A stretch of 63,229 nt of DNA, counting the filler, from Bipalium vagum (taxonomy: Eukaryota), in assembly GCA_037834085.1 (NCBI GenBank). It is 3 parts of 3 records of this genome, joined end to end, with 100 filler letters (N's around TTAATTAATTAA, not from the genome) between each part and the next. Parts side by side here need not be neighbours in the genome. Positions count along the whole stretch, not along the records: positions 1 to 22,141 come from JBBMKC010226327.1; positions 22,242 to 40,868 come from JBBMKC010023879.1; 1 more part is not named here. One strand, given 5' to 3'. How positions within the stretch are numbered: the first letter of the stretch is position 1; the number at the start of each line of letters is the position of its first letter. Positions 15,101-25,900 of the stretch are shown piece after piece. Under the pieces are notes generated by a model, which searched no databases, had not been told where the DNA came from, and was given only the letters and a program-made list of their open reading frames with translations. The translations under genes and the position numbers were made by a program.

Positions 15101-18091
15101 TTGAATTTTTATAAATGGAACATCTTTATTTAAATTGAAATCGTTTTCAAGACAATGTACATCAATTTTCTCAAAAATTTGACTAATCTTTTCCTCACCT
15201 GTCCTTTTTTTGAACGAATTGTATTGATTAATATTTGTTGAACTCTGAATTTCTCTAAAAAACATATTTTTTCGATTCTTATATAAATTAGGTCGTCTTT
15301 CATTGATTTCTTTTCACTTTTGTTGTAAATTATTATTGGAACATTCGCAAAATTTTCAAATTTTTCGATATATTAGCTATTTTTTATTTATCCGTGAGAA
15401 TGAACGGTTGGATGGTTTCTCGCTTAAAGATTTGTTGGGAATTGATTTCTTTGTTGTTTATTGAAATTTTTCTGCTAGTTAATAATTGTTCAATAAAATA
15501 TTAAAGATTTTATCTATTTTCAACATTATTATTCCGCCTTTTACTGGTCTCGTATTTCTGAATTGAATAATAGTATATAATTAAATCATTTGGACCTGGT
15601 CTCGTATATTTGTAACCCAAAATGTTGTCATGCCTTCTATCGTTTATTGGAATCCATTGATGATCAATAAATGTGGGAAATCTTGTGATGCAGTAAAGTC
15701 GAGAGAAGTGATAAAAAGCCATTGGTATTCAATGTTAACTGATTATTAAAAATGATGCGGAACAAGGTTTTTATTGTACCATATTTTTAAAACCAAGATT
15801 GCGAGTCAGAGAAATTAATGATGCCTTCAAAGAACTTGGTCAAATGATAAATATTCACACGGGTAACAATCAGCCGTTGACTAAGTTGATGATTCTCCAG
15901 CAAGCAGTCTCTGTTATCACGGGATTGGAGCATCAAGTCCGGGGTACGAGGCCTGGCATGTGGTGCATGTGATTGGAATTGTGTAAAACATCGGCAAGAT
16001 TTGAGAAATACACTTCATGTTCTCTTTGTTCGAATTTAGCTTTCTTCACAATACAAGAAACTCCTAAACTCAACTGCCAAAACGACATCTCCATTTATCG
16101 TTCTTCTCTTTTCTGTTTTTCTTTTATTAATGGATTTTCATTATTTAATGAACATAAACTATTTCACAAAAACCTTTGGCTTTACCAAACGATCCCCGCT
16201 AATTATTTTTTCTCTAGAGTGCGAGTTCGTGATATAAACGACGCATTCAAGGAACTAGGACGCATGTGCATGATGCATTTAAAGCATGATCGACCTCAGA
16301 CTAAATTGACTATCCTTCAACAAGCTGTCAACGTCATAACTAGCCTTGAACAACAAGTCAGAGGTCAGTAGCAAATGTTTTCTTTTATTTTTTGTTTGTT
16401 TGGTTTGCTTTTTTAAATGTGCTTTTTTCGTCTCTGATCAATTTTCGATTTTAACAAACCCGATGATGGTGATGAGATAAATACTCTTCATTACCCGTGA
16501 TCATCGGTTGTCTCTTTCTATCGACAATACACGTGTATTTCCGCGAGAAATGTGGATTATCGATTGATCACATTGGAATTCATTGGTTGACTACATTTTA
16601 TAGAACGGAATCTGAACCCGAAACAAGCCTGTTTGAAACGTCGCGAAGAAGAAAAGAATGACGATATACCCTTAGGCGTTGGACTGAATATGCCACCTTG
16701 TTCAAATGGTGGCGTTCCTTTGTTAAATAATCATCTGAAAATATCATCGGCACAAAACGACATTGTTTCAAACTTTAATCTGAATTCTAAGTCGATGTCA
16801 GATATCGCGGCTGGCCACTGTGTACCGAATCAAAAGTTGGGAAAAGGTAACCGAACAACACTAATTAATAATAATAATATTTTTATTATTTTTTATAAAA
16901 ATTAACTATTTTATTAATATCAAAATAAAATAATTAAATAAATATTTTAGCTATATTTTATTTTAATAAATATTGTTTTATTATTTAAGTTTAATTTTTA
17001 TTCTTTTATTAATTATTTCATAAATATATTTTTATTTATTATGAGTAATACTGTTTTAATTATGTATAATTTTATATTATTTTTTTATTTCCTATTATTT
17101 ATTTTTTTATAATTTAATACTTATTAAATAATAAATATTATAATTTTTTAGATCTTTTTATTATTTTATAATAATAGTTTTTTTATTATTATAAATAAAT
17201 ATTTTTAAGAATAAAAAATAATTAAATAATTTTTTTTCAGATTTTTATAATTTAATATTTTTATTAATTATATCAGAAAATTTAAATAATTTAAGACATT
17301 TATTATTATTATTATTATATGAACTAATAATATATTTATTTATCTATAATAATAATACTCATAATAATAAAAAAACCATAAAAATAAAATACTCAGTACT
17401 TAAAATGCTTTTTGATCAATGAAATTAACACAAAATTAGGATTAGAATATAATTTCTATTCTTTCCAGGGGCGGCATTCAATCTCGATTCATTCAGACAC
17501 CAGATGGGTTCCAACGCATCCACTGGTTACGGAAGCCAATACTTATTGGACCCGACTGCCTCTTCTCACATGTGGCAAAGCTATCAAACCAATCAAAAGT
17601 TCCAAGATCAATTGAACCCGTCGATGTATTTGCAGTCTGCTGACATGGACGGAAAATCTACTCTCGACATCGTGACCAGTATCACCAGCTCGTCGACGTT
17701 CCATCCATATTCTCATTCAACAGCCGGAATAACGTCGTCAATTTCGGACATTTTCGGACTGAACAATTCTTCGACCACGTCGGCCTTCTCCGATTCTTTG
17801 ATGCGGAAAATCATGTCCAACCGACCCGATTCCAGCAGCGGCTTCGAGGTGGAGAATGAAGAACCCAGCGATTCTGACGAGGACGATGAAGATCAAAACA
17901 ATGATCAGCAACACCATCAACCCGACGACACTAATTTGCTCAAATCATGCCAATCCAAGAACAACAACAACAATCTCCATGGCAACAGCAGTAGTGCTGA
18001 ATCTTCGTTTCCCGTTGTTGTCAATGCGTGCGCCAGACTGAAATCAGAAGCAATCGTTTGTTCTTCCGACCCAAATTCTTCAAACTCGTAA
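5952..18091 (+). CDS. E2A/da: E-protein (class I bHLH transcription factor, E2A/daughterless/TCF3-TCF4-TCF12 family), spliced gene; true 5' start not established
   Basis: Phase-consistent GT-AG exon chain: 5952-6123, 10864-10931, 12547-12622, 12676-13164, 13218-13488, [15798-15943 or 16218-16363], 16604-16846, 17469-18091. Spliced bHLH reads [27 protein letters not shown]...[40 protein letters not shown], the E-protein signature. [11 protein letters not shown] resembles the LDDAIHVLRNH motif. Confidence 0.93.
7780..8720 (+). mobile_element. highly decayed mariner-like transposase relic in an E-protein intron
   Basis: Fragmentary translations (SHLITEEP for WVPHxLT; VTTD...QYEP for VTxDExWxxxYxP) in the expected order, with many stops. 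Boundaries approximate. Confidence 0.45.
10864..10931 (+). CDS. E2A/da: E-protein exon ([23 protein letters not shown])
   Basis: ttttttgtAG acceptor and GTATGA donor; phases 1/0 bridge the neighbouring exons; PDMW resembles the D-x-W motif of TCF3/4. Confidence 0.65.
12547..12622 (+). CDS. E2A/da: E-protein exon ([25 protein letters not shown])
   Basis: cacAG acceptor and GTATGT donor; followed by a 53-nt intron containing a CTCTAAC branch-like motif. Confidence 0.75.
12676..13164 (+). CDS. E2A/da: E-protein exon with AD2/Rep-like motif
   Basis: Lies in ORF 12654..13217; aacAG acceptor and T|GTAATA donor. Confidence 0.85.
13218..13488 (+). CDS. E2A/da: E-protein exon ending in the basic region (...[13 protein letters not shown])
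   Basis: tctAG acceptor; AG|GTAGCT donor splits the Arg codon (phase 2). Confidence 0.92.
15798..15943 (+). CDS. E2A/da: HLH exon A, mutually exclusive ([48 protein letters not shown])
   Basis: 146 nt, ccaAG acceptor, G|GTACGA donor, no stops, 32/48 aa identical to exon B. Absent from the ORF track because the read-through ORF is under 60 aa. Confidence 0.88.
16218..16363 (+). CDS. E2A/da: HLH exon B, mutually exclusive ([48 protein letters not shown])
   Basis: 146 nt, ttttttctctAG acceptor, G|GTCAGT donor; canonical E-protein HLH. Confidence 0.95.
16604..16846 (+). CDS. E2A/da: E-protein exon starting [18 protein letters not shown]
   Basis: ttttatAG acceptor and G|GTAACC donor; conserved post-HLH C domain. 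Confidence 0.93.
17469..18091 (+). CDS. E2A/da: E-protein last coding exon (Ser-rich and acidic tail)
   Basis: ctttccAG acceptor, phase 1, in frame with ORF 17504..18091; TAA at 18089-18091. Confidence 0.82.
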
Positions 18092-18654
18092 CTTTTGTGA
18101 TGAAGAGAATGAGGATGACTGCACACACCGTCACAGCACACACACTGTGTAATCCCTTTTTCTTTTTCTCTTCCTGCTCCCATTCAGACAAAAGCAAGCA
18201 CACTCGCGAATTCACACAGACGGGCACAGGCACAATTATCGTTTTTGCTTACGTTGCGTCCTTGTTTTCTTTTATATTGTTCATCAAAAAATCGATCGTT
18301 TCTTGACAATCGATAAAATCTAAAATGAAGCATACTCATGCTGTCTGTTTCTAAATCAATGTTCTCTTTCTCTTACTTCTTGCTTCTCTCTGTCTTATAT
18401 TTTCAGAAGTGCTTTAGAAAAAAAATGGAAGTATACTATTTTAATTTATCTCTTTGTGTCTCACGTGTTTAGTGTGTGTGTTTGTATCTGTTTAATGAAT
18501 GGGACGTTCCTGTTTGTCATCTTCCGATTTGAATTTTGGAGAAGTACTGATTATTATCATTATTATTACCAATTATTATTATTTTTATCAAATATATTAT
18601 AATAATTATTATTATTTTTGAAATTTATCGTGGAGAACTGTTTTTTGTAAATAG

Positions 18655-18660
18655 AATAAA
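18655..18660 (+). terminator. candidate polyadenylation signal of the E-protein gene
   Basis: AATAAA followed by a GT-rich tract (ttgtctgtaattgtctgttatgtgctgt). Other AATAAA lie near 18918 and 19002. Confidence 0.45.
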
Positions 18661-21600
18661 ATCGATTGTCTGTAATTGTCTGTTATGTGCTGTTTCCCAA
18701 CTCTCTTTTATTGATTTTTTCGTGTAAATAAGAATTATAATTTTATCGATTATAACCAATCTATCAATTCGATTAATCAATTCAATCAAGTCCAATCAAA
18801 AAATCAATTGATCGTTCGATTGAAATTAAACTTTCCTATTTTTAACGGTTCAATAATTATTGTGTGTAACAAAATACGGTTACCACGGTGATGGTTCTCA
18901 AGGGTGTTGTACTATCTAATAAAAATACATGTGGACATTGTCTTGTTTTTTCTTTAGTTTTGAGTGTTTATTATTGAAAAATATTGATTTTTTCAATCAT
19001 AAATAAATATAAATATAGGTGGTATCTATTGATAATCGATAAATGATGGTTGGTGCAGGTCTGGTCGGATTTGGTGTGTTTTGTTTTTTGTGCTTTTATT
19101 TGGCTTAATGACCAATGATTTTTCGAATGAGTTTGTATGAGACTTGTACATTACGTTGATTCGGTCGTGGTTGGGGACCTGTCGAATGTTGGGAATACAG
19201 AGTGAAGACGCCAGGGCACAGATGTGGAAGATGTGTAAAATGTATTTATATATTTCAATCGGAAACAATTATCGAGAGATGTTATATTTGGTGGACTTTG
19301 TTTTTCAGTGTATTTCAATGACCATGAGTTGTATATTTTGAAAATAAATTTCATTATAACTTTTGGTCTTCCTATCGGTTGCATTGATTGCTATGGTTTG
19401 GTAGGAAGGAAATGACAATGGCACAATGTGGCTGATAATTGGCTCAACATTACGGTTTTTTGGTTCTGTCAGTATGTTTCATATAAAATTCTCGTATAAA
19501 AAATTTTGGAATATTATCTTTTTACAGATATTTCACCATCGGCTCATTGATTAACAAAAGTAAAACAAAACTGTTAAAGAAAAGAACGGTTTCATTTTGA
19601 ATTTTGTAACTTTGCTCTTATGATTTTCGTTCCTCTTATTTATTATTGAAATCTGATATTTTTCAGCTAATAATTTTCTTAATTCAATTTTCATTGGTAA
19701 ATGTTCAAAAATAAAATGCTTTGATCTCGTTCCACAAAACATCCGTGTCTCTTGAATTGAGAAATATAGGAATTACGTGTTGTCTTTCAAAACCCTTTCT
19801 GATTATGATTAAGTATCGGAGAATCTATAATAAATTTATCAGCTCATGTCGAGTTTCCTTGTCAAGAAATCCATCACATTAATTATAAAGAACAAGCACT
19901 TTTGAGTAGTTGCTGAAGGTTTTTGAGTGTTCTGTTTTGTGGAATGAAAAATATTTTGAAAAGACTTTGAAACAAAAAATTAGAGAATGTGTCTATTTCT
20001 AAAATGTCCTGATCGTTTCAATCAACCTCAACACCATTGATCACTTCATTCGAAGTTGTTTTGTCTCCATTTATAATTAATGTGGAAAAGTTTAACTCGT
20101 AATTGGTTTTAGATCAGCTCCAGCCGAATTGGGCTGCCAATTATTATTATAGAGGATCAATACATTTTCGGTAGTCACCGAAACATTTAAACACCAGAAA
20201 GATTTTTTAAAATGTACACATTAGCACCGCTTATTTTGAAGGAACATTTTATTTTTTGAACTTTTATAAATTTATAAATAAACGTGGAGCACTTAAATAA
20301 AGCTTGACCGGAGAGGCGCAGGTGGAAATTTTCGTTTTTCAGAAGATTTGTATACTTGTGTCTGCAGTTAAATCAAAGCAAGTGGTCATTTAGGAAACTC
20401 TGTTTATTGGAATGCGTTCATTGTGTTTACTTTTCACACTTTTAGAGATATAACTTTTTGTCCGTGGTGCTTCGCTTAAATGGTTTGACTTTTTATGGTA
20501 CCTCTTAAGAAATGTAGATTTTTTTTGAGTAACAAATTTTTGAGTTTCATAAATCGGTTTTTATATTATCACAATAACATGGCGAGATTTCAAGCAAACG
20601 AAACCAAAAAGGAGATTGACGTCGCATCACAAAAACCTCAAGGATCTTAGGAAATGTAATCAATATCGATAATGTGATAAAGTAACGCCCACATTGGAAT
20701 CACTTGAATTAAGGAAATTAACATATTCAAGTACCAGGGAAATGTTCAGAACACTTCAGAAAGTAAATAATCAATTTCTCAAACATCGAAGTTGAATTGG
20801 TCACGAAAAATATATGAAACACATGATAGAACATGTGCAAGGTTCTGGTTTTGCTTCTTTGTTAAAGAATTTTCTGGAAATCTGGAAGTTTCCCTTTAAC
20901 ATTTGAGCCACTAAAAATGAAATACGATGATCCAAATCTGGTCATAATACCATGCCTGATAAGGTATTGTGTGAATGATAAAGAACTTATGGGTGAATCT
21001 GGAAAATTAAAGAAGAAGAATTCCAGGCACCTTCAAGTTGTCACCGACGAAAGACAATAAAGGTAACATATAAAAACGAGCCTGTTGAAAAGGAGACCAC
21101 TTGAAGCCTGGATGTATCGTCTGGATTGTAACAAGAGCACGGATGGACAGGGAACAATTAGTAGTAAATCGGAAAACAATTCTCACCAATTGTAGAACTT
21201 TTTCAATAAATAACCTTGCACATTATATGCATCACAAAATCTTTTCATTCTGGACTTCACTGCGATTTTACATTTTGTATATAGATTTTATTTCACCTAA
21301 CATTCTATCGATATGAAACCACTGAGAATGTTTTATCAGAAACAGATTTACTCAAAAATTACACGTAACATTTACTGCCTCGGTTCAAACTGGCTAATAT
21401 TTTTAAGGCAAATAGGAAGACTGTGATAGTTTAAGGAAATCGCGCAACCTAACTTTCCTGTTCTAATGGGTCGTATGCAATTCACTATTCATTTGTTACG
21501 GTAGAACACATAACTAAAAATAACTAAGATCTCAATGTGTGAGGATTGCTATAGTAACGAGTTCAGAAAGATTTTATTAATGGAACATTCACAACTTTTA

Positions 21601-22141
21601 ACATAAATTATAAATCGTTTGTGATGATCGTCCTGGATAATTTTCTGCCTAAAACCACAACAAATAATCTTTAAGCATTTTCATTAAAAAGCAACAAAAT
21701 TCTCTCTCCCTTAGACTCGGTCATCCTCAATAAGAAGAACAATTTGGACTCACCACCCTTCGTAAAGGGTAAAGCAAAAGCAATAAAAAGAAAAGAAACT
21801 AGAGAAAAGAAATAACAAAAAATAGCTTGATGCTTGAGTGCTAAGCTTGAACCTTTATTTAAAAGAATTATATTGATTTTCAGTCATTACTATGGACACC
21901 ACTGCTACTCTCCAGGACAACAACAATAATAATGAATCTTGCTTAAAACTATTTATTATTTCTCTGTTACGAATTCGCACTGTAACAAGAAAAGAAATAA
22001 AATACCTTTGTAGCATAACATGGTAAATATTTTACGATATTATCTCCAAATTATTACATGGTTCCAAATGATCAATAAAATGTCTGCAATCAAATGTTTT
22101 TACACAAAAAATCAAATGTTATCACACTAAAAATCAAATGG

Positions 22142-22241
22142 NNNNNNNNNNNNNNNNNNNNNNNNNNNNNNNNNNNNNNNNNNNNTTAATTAATTAANNN
22201 NNNNNNNNNNNNNNNNNNNNNNNNNNNNNNNNNNNNNNNNN
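22142..22241. other. artificial contig spacer N44-TTAATTAATTAA-N44
   Basis: Exactly 100 nt; the 12-mer at 22186-22197 gives stops in all six frames; identical to the spacer at 40869. Confidence 0.97.
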
Positions 22242-22319
22242 TTACTAAAATAATAATAAATGTTTAAAATTCATGATTTTTATAGGTGTACTCAGACTTT
22301 TGCACGGGGGTGTATATAA

Positions 22320-22800
22320 ATGAGTAACTTTAATTATTGGAAATGAGTGAAACATTAAATTCCGATATATACTGTAAAATTCTTGACCATTTGAGAGATG
22401 CATTAATTGTAAAACGTCCTGCATTAAGCAACAGAAAAAAAATAGATTTTTATCACAAGGCTAGGGCACACACTTCTAAAGTGAAGCAGTAAAAGCTGAA
22501 AGCCTTTCAATAGGAAATAACGCCTCAGCTTAAATATAGCCAAGACATTGTGCCTTCGGATTAATATTTGTTTCTATCTTTACAACATTTCGTTCAATGC
22601 AAAAAGTTTGACAGAATTCAAGGTATGAAAACTGCCCTGAATAATCTCTTTAATGAAAAGCATAGTCCCTGGTATGACAATGGTATCGAAAGTTTGATCA
22701 AACGTTGGAAAGAGGCTGTTGATAAAAATGTAAAATATATACTTGATTGAATTCGTTTTGTTATTTGTATAAATAAATTAAAATTTTCTTAAAAAAAACT
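22320..22800 (+). mobile_element. mariner transposase C-terminal relic, preceded by a Tc1-like TIR end at about 22285-22315
   Basis: ...KRPALSNRKKIDFYHKARAHTS...YSQDIVPSD*YLFLSLQHF...GIESLIKRW match mariner HDNARPH and YSPDLAPSDYHLF motifs. Confidence 0.8.
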
Positions 22801-22913
22801 TTCAATTTGAAAACTTTAAACTAATATTGAGTAATTAATAATAATATTTAATAATATTAGATATCTTTAAAAATTATAGAATTGTTATTTATTATTTTAT
22901 TTTTCACTTTTAG

Positions 22914-25900
22914 GATTGAGAGGACCACAAGGAAAAGTTGGACCACCTGGTCAGCGTGGCGGAACAGGATCAAAGGGTTCTCAGGGTCTACCAGGATCTC
23001 ATGGTATTGCAGGAAATCCAGGAAAAGATGGAAAACTAGGAGCCATGGGTCTTCCAGGAAAAAACGGAGCTTTAGGAAGAGTTGGTCCAGTTGGATCTAT
23101 AGGGCCCGCTGGACTTCCAGGAAAACCTGGACAAGCAGGACTTCAAGGATCTCCCGGAGCTCCTGGTAAAAATATGCAACCAGGTGCTCAAGGTCTTCCG
23201 GGTGAAAGGGGTTTACCTGGGAAACCTGGAGAAAATGGTATTCCTGGACCTTCTGGTCAGCCAGGCCAACAAGGATTAGAAGGTCCTATTGGTCCACCTG
23301 TAATATGTAATTTTCTTAATAATTGGATTATTATTTCTTTAGGGCAATAGAGGTCAAAGAGGATTACCAGGTCCAAATGGCTCATCTGGATTGAAAGGAA
23401 ATAAGGGTTCTAAAGGTCCAATCGGAAAACCAGGAATTACAGGGGATACTGGAGCTCTAGGTCCTCAAGGTCCTAGAGGAGAAAATGGTGAAAATGGTAA
23501 TCCTGGTGAGCACGGATCGGTTGGAGAAATGGGAAATCCAGGAATCAGAGGATCTAGAGGATTACCTGGCTTATCTGGGAAAGATGGAGAAAATGGTAAA
23601 AATGGAAGTGATGGAATGAAGGGTAATGTAGGAGCTCCTGGGCCAAATGGAAGAAGAGGTACAGTGGGTGTTCAAGGAAGTATTGGTACTCCTGGTGTTG
23701 CAGGACTAAAGGGAGATACAGGCACAACTGGCCTGCCTGGTAGAATCGGTATAGCGGTAAGAATATAGTTTAATAGGTATTTTAAAATATTTTATATAAT
23801 TTGGATCTTTTATGAAAATCTTTTAAGTTTTAGTAGAATTGATTTTCAATATTGACAAAATTTTATGATGGTTAATTGTGCTCAATATTTTAGAATTTTT
23901 GTAAAATATATAATCTTTTATAAATACAAAATAAATCAGACAAACTTCAAAACGATATATAAGCACTGTATTTTACTGCATGAATAATATTTTTTATATC
24001 AATGTAATATAAAAATTCCCGTCTATCTAATGTATACTAATTAATTTTAATTGATTTCTTGATATTTTTGTTATTAGATGACAAATGAACGATCTGATAT
24101 TTTGGTGATGCACAAAAGGGAAAAGATCAAATTGATACAAGGAGCTAGATCATGACGGTGACCGTCCTAGAAGAGGAAGAAAGCGGACCACAAGATCATC
24201 AAGAAGTGGGATATACGTGATCCGTAGGTATCAATCAGTAAAATAGCCTGTGAGACCGGTGTACAGAATTGCCAAGACAGAGCTCAACCTGAAGCCTTGC
24301 AAGCCTCACAAAGTCCAGCTTTTTATAGATTCTAACAAAGAAGTATGTAACTTCGGCATCGGGCCGCAGGTGAGCGATGGGAGAAAATCGTCTTTCCGAT
24401 GAGAAACTGTTTACAATTGAATTGTCATAATGACCAAACCGATAGAATATGGTCAACTGAAAACCTTGGGCCTGTGATATTGTCACTCAATTTCAGGAAA
24501 AGTTTACAGCTATGTATCGACACTCAAGGTGGCCACTTTGAAGCCACTTCCATATGTTGCACCTCCAAACATACTTAAATGTTATTCGTTGCAACTTTTT
24601 TATTTCTGTCATTATAATAAATTATAAAGAAAAAACGAGTCTTATTTATTTTGAGGCACTCTGTAATATATTGGCGCTTATATTAACAAGTGCACTACTG
24701 AATATTTAGTATTATAAGATGATTGCTAATCAATTGTAAATGAAAACCAATAATTATTTTTATTTTATGTTTAGATGTAAAAGGTTCGTCAAGCTTAAGT
24801 TAGAAAATTTTAAAAAAATTATTTCATAACAAATAAGGAAGTCTTTCATTTAATATCCAAGATAGAGTATTTTACATGAATAGATTATATTTTTAATCCT
24901 GGTAGTTTTAAATTAAATAACTATTTTTAATAATAATTTTTATTAAAGGGTTTACCAGGTAAACCTGGAATAGATGGTATTCCTGGACCAGAGGGTTTGA
25001 AAGGAGATAAAGGAATAGCTGGAATAATGGGACTTCCGGGAGAAATGGGTTCAGTAGGATCCAAAGGTTCTAAAGGAAAACCTGGGGAATTTGGAAAAGT
25101 TTCTTTTTCTGGTAGATCAGGTGCAACATCCGGCGCTCGAGGTGCACCCGGGATTCCTGGGAAGATTGGTGACAATGGACTTAAAGGAGTAGACGGACCC
25201 CCTGGTAAGCATCAAGGTTGATTAATTATAATCAAAAATAAATTATAGGACAAATGGGAGAACTCGGTCCTACTGGATCTCCAGGACCTATTGGACCGAT
25301 AGGCCTTAAAGGTGAAAAAGGTCCAGATGGAGCAGATGGGGGTATCGGATTACCAGGAAATAATGGAGCTACTGGACCACCGGGACCGCAAGGACCTGTT
25401 GGACCCTCTGGAAATCAAGGAAGATCAGGATTTTCTGGAGAAATTGGTCAACCAGGTCAAATTGGACCAACAGGTTTGCCAGGTAAAAGTGGAGATGACG
25501 GAAAATCTGGATCTCCTGGACAAAGAGGACCAATTGGTTTACCTGGACCAAATGGATTGACAGGAACTGTTGGAGTATCTGGAAGAGATGGTGTTAGAGG
25601 AGAAGCAGGTTCTATTGGTGACCCAGGCTTGCCCGGTGACGTTGGAATGCCAGGGAATTCTGGAATGGATGGGAAATCTGGTGAACCTGTAAGTTAAATG
25701 AATTTTCATATCATATTCTTGCTATTTGTATACACTATTTGCACTACATAAAGAAAATTTCATTGATAATTATTAAATTTTCATTAGAAGATACACTTAT
25801 CTAATAATTAATTTGAGAAAACATAACTTTGACAACTTTTTTGTGATATTTTGCTATGAAATGAAATGGAATTAAGGCATTTAAATTTGATGAAGAATTC

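Noticed and set aside
15973-16217. N-terminal part of ORF 15973..16371
   Set aside because: Intron read-through; only 16218-16363 is E-protein-like and bounded by splice sites.
15798-16363. tandem double-HLH protein using both exons, or a second E-protein gene
   Set aside because: Joining A to B shifts the frame, and only one basic-region exon and one downstream exon exist.
16454-16575. intronic snoRNA (GTGATGA C-box-like, hairpins, ACA)
   Set aside because: No properly placed CTGA D box and no ANANNA H box between the hairpins.
17738-18306. overlapping ORFs around the last E-protein exon
   Set aside because: Shadow frames of a GC-richer exon and 3' UTR; no domain features.
19160-19240. 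FGRGWGP resembling the SMAD MH2 FVKGWG motif
   Set aside because: Preceded by a stop, with no acceptor and no further MH2 similarity.
20200-21700. purine-rich, coding-like decayed stretch
   Set aside because: Probably an old repeat, but I could not recognise any diagnostic motif.
22186-22197. TTAATTAATTAA palindrome as a biological site (also 40913-40924)
   Set aside because: Centred in identical N runs; a six-frame-stop assembly linker.
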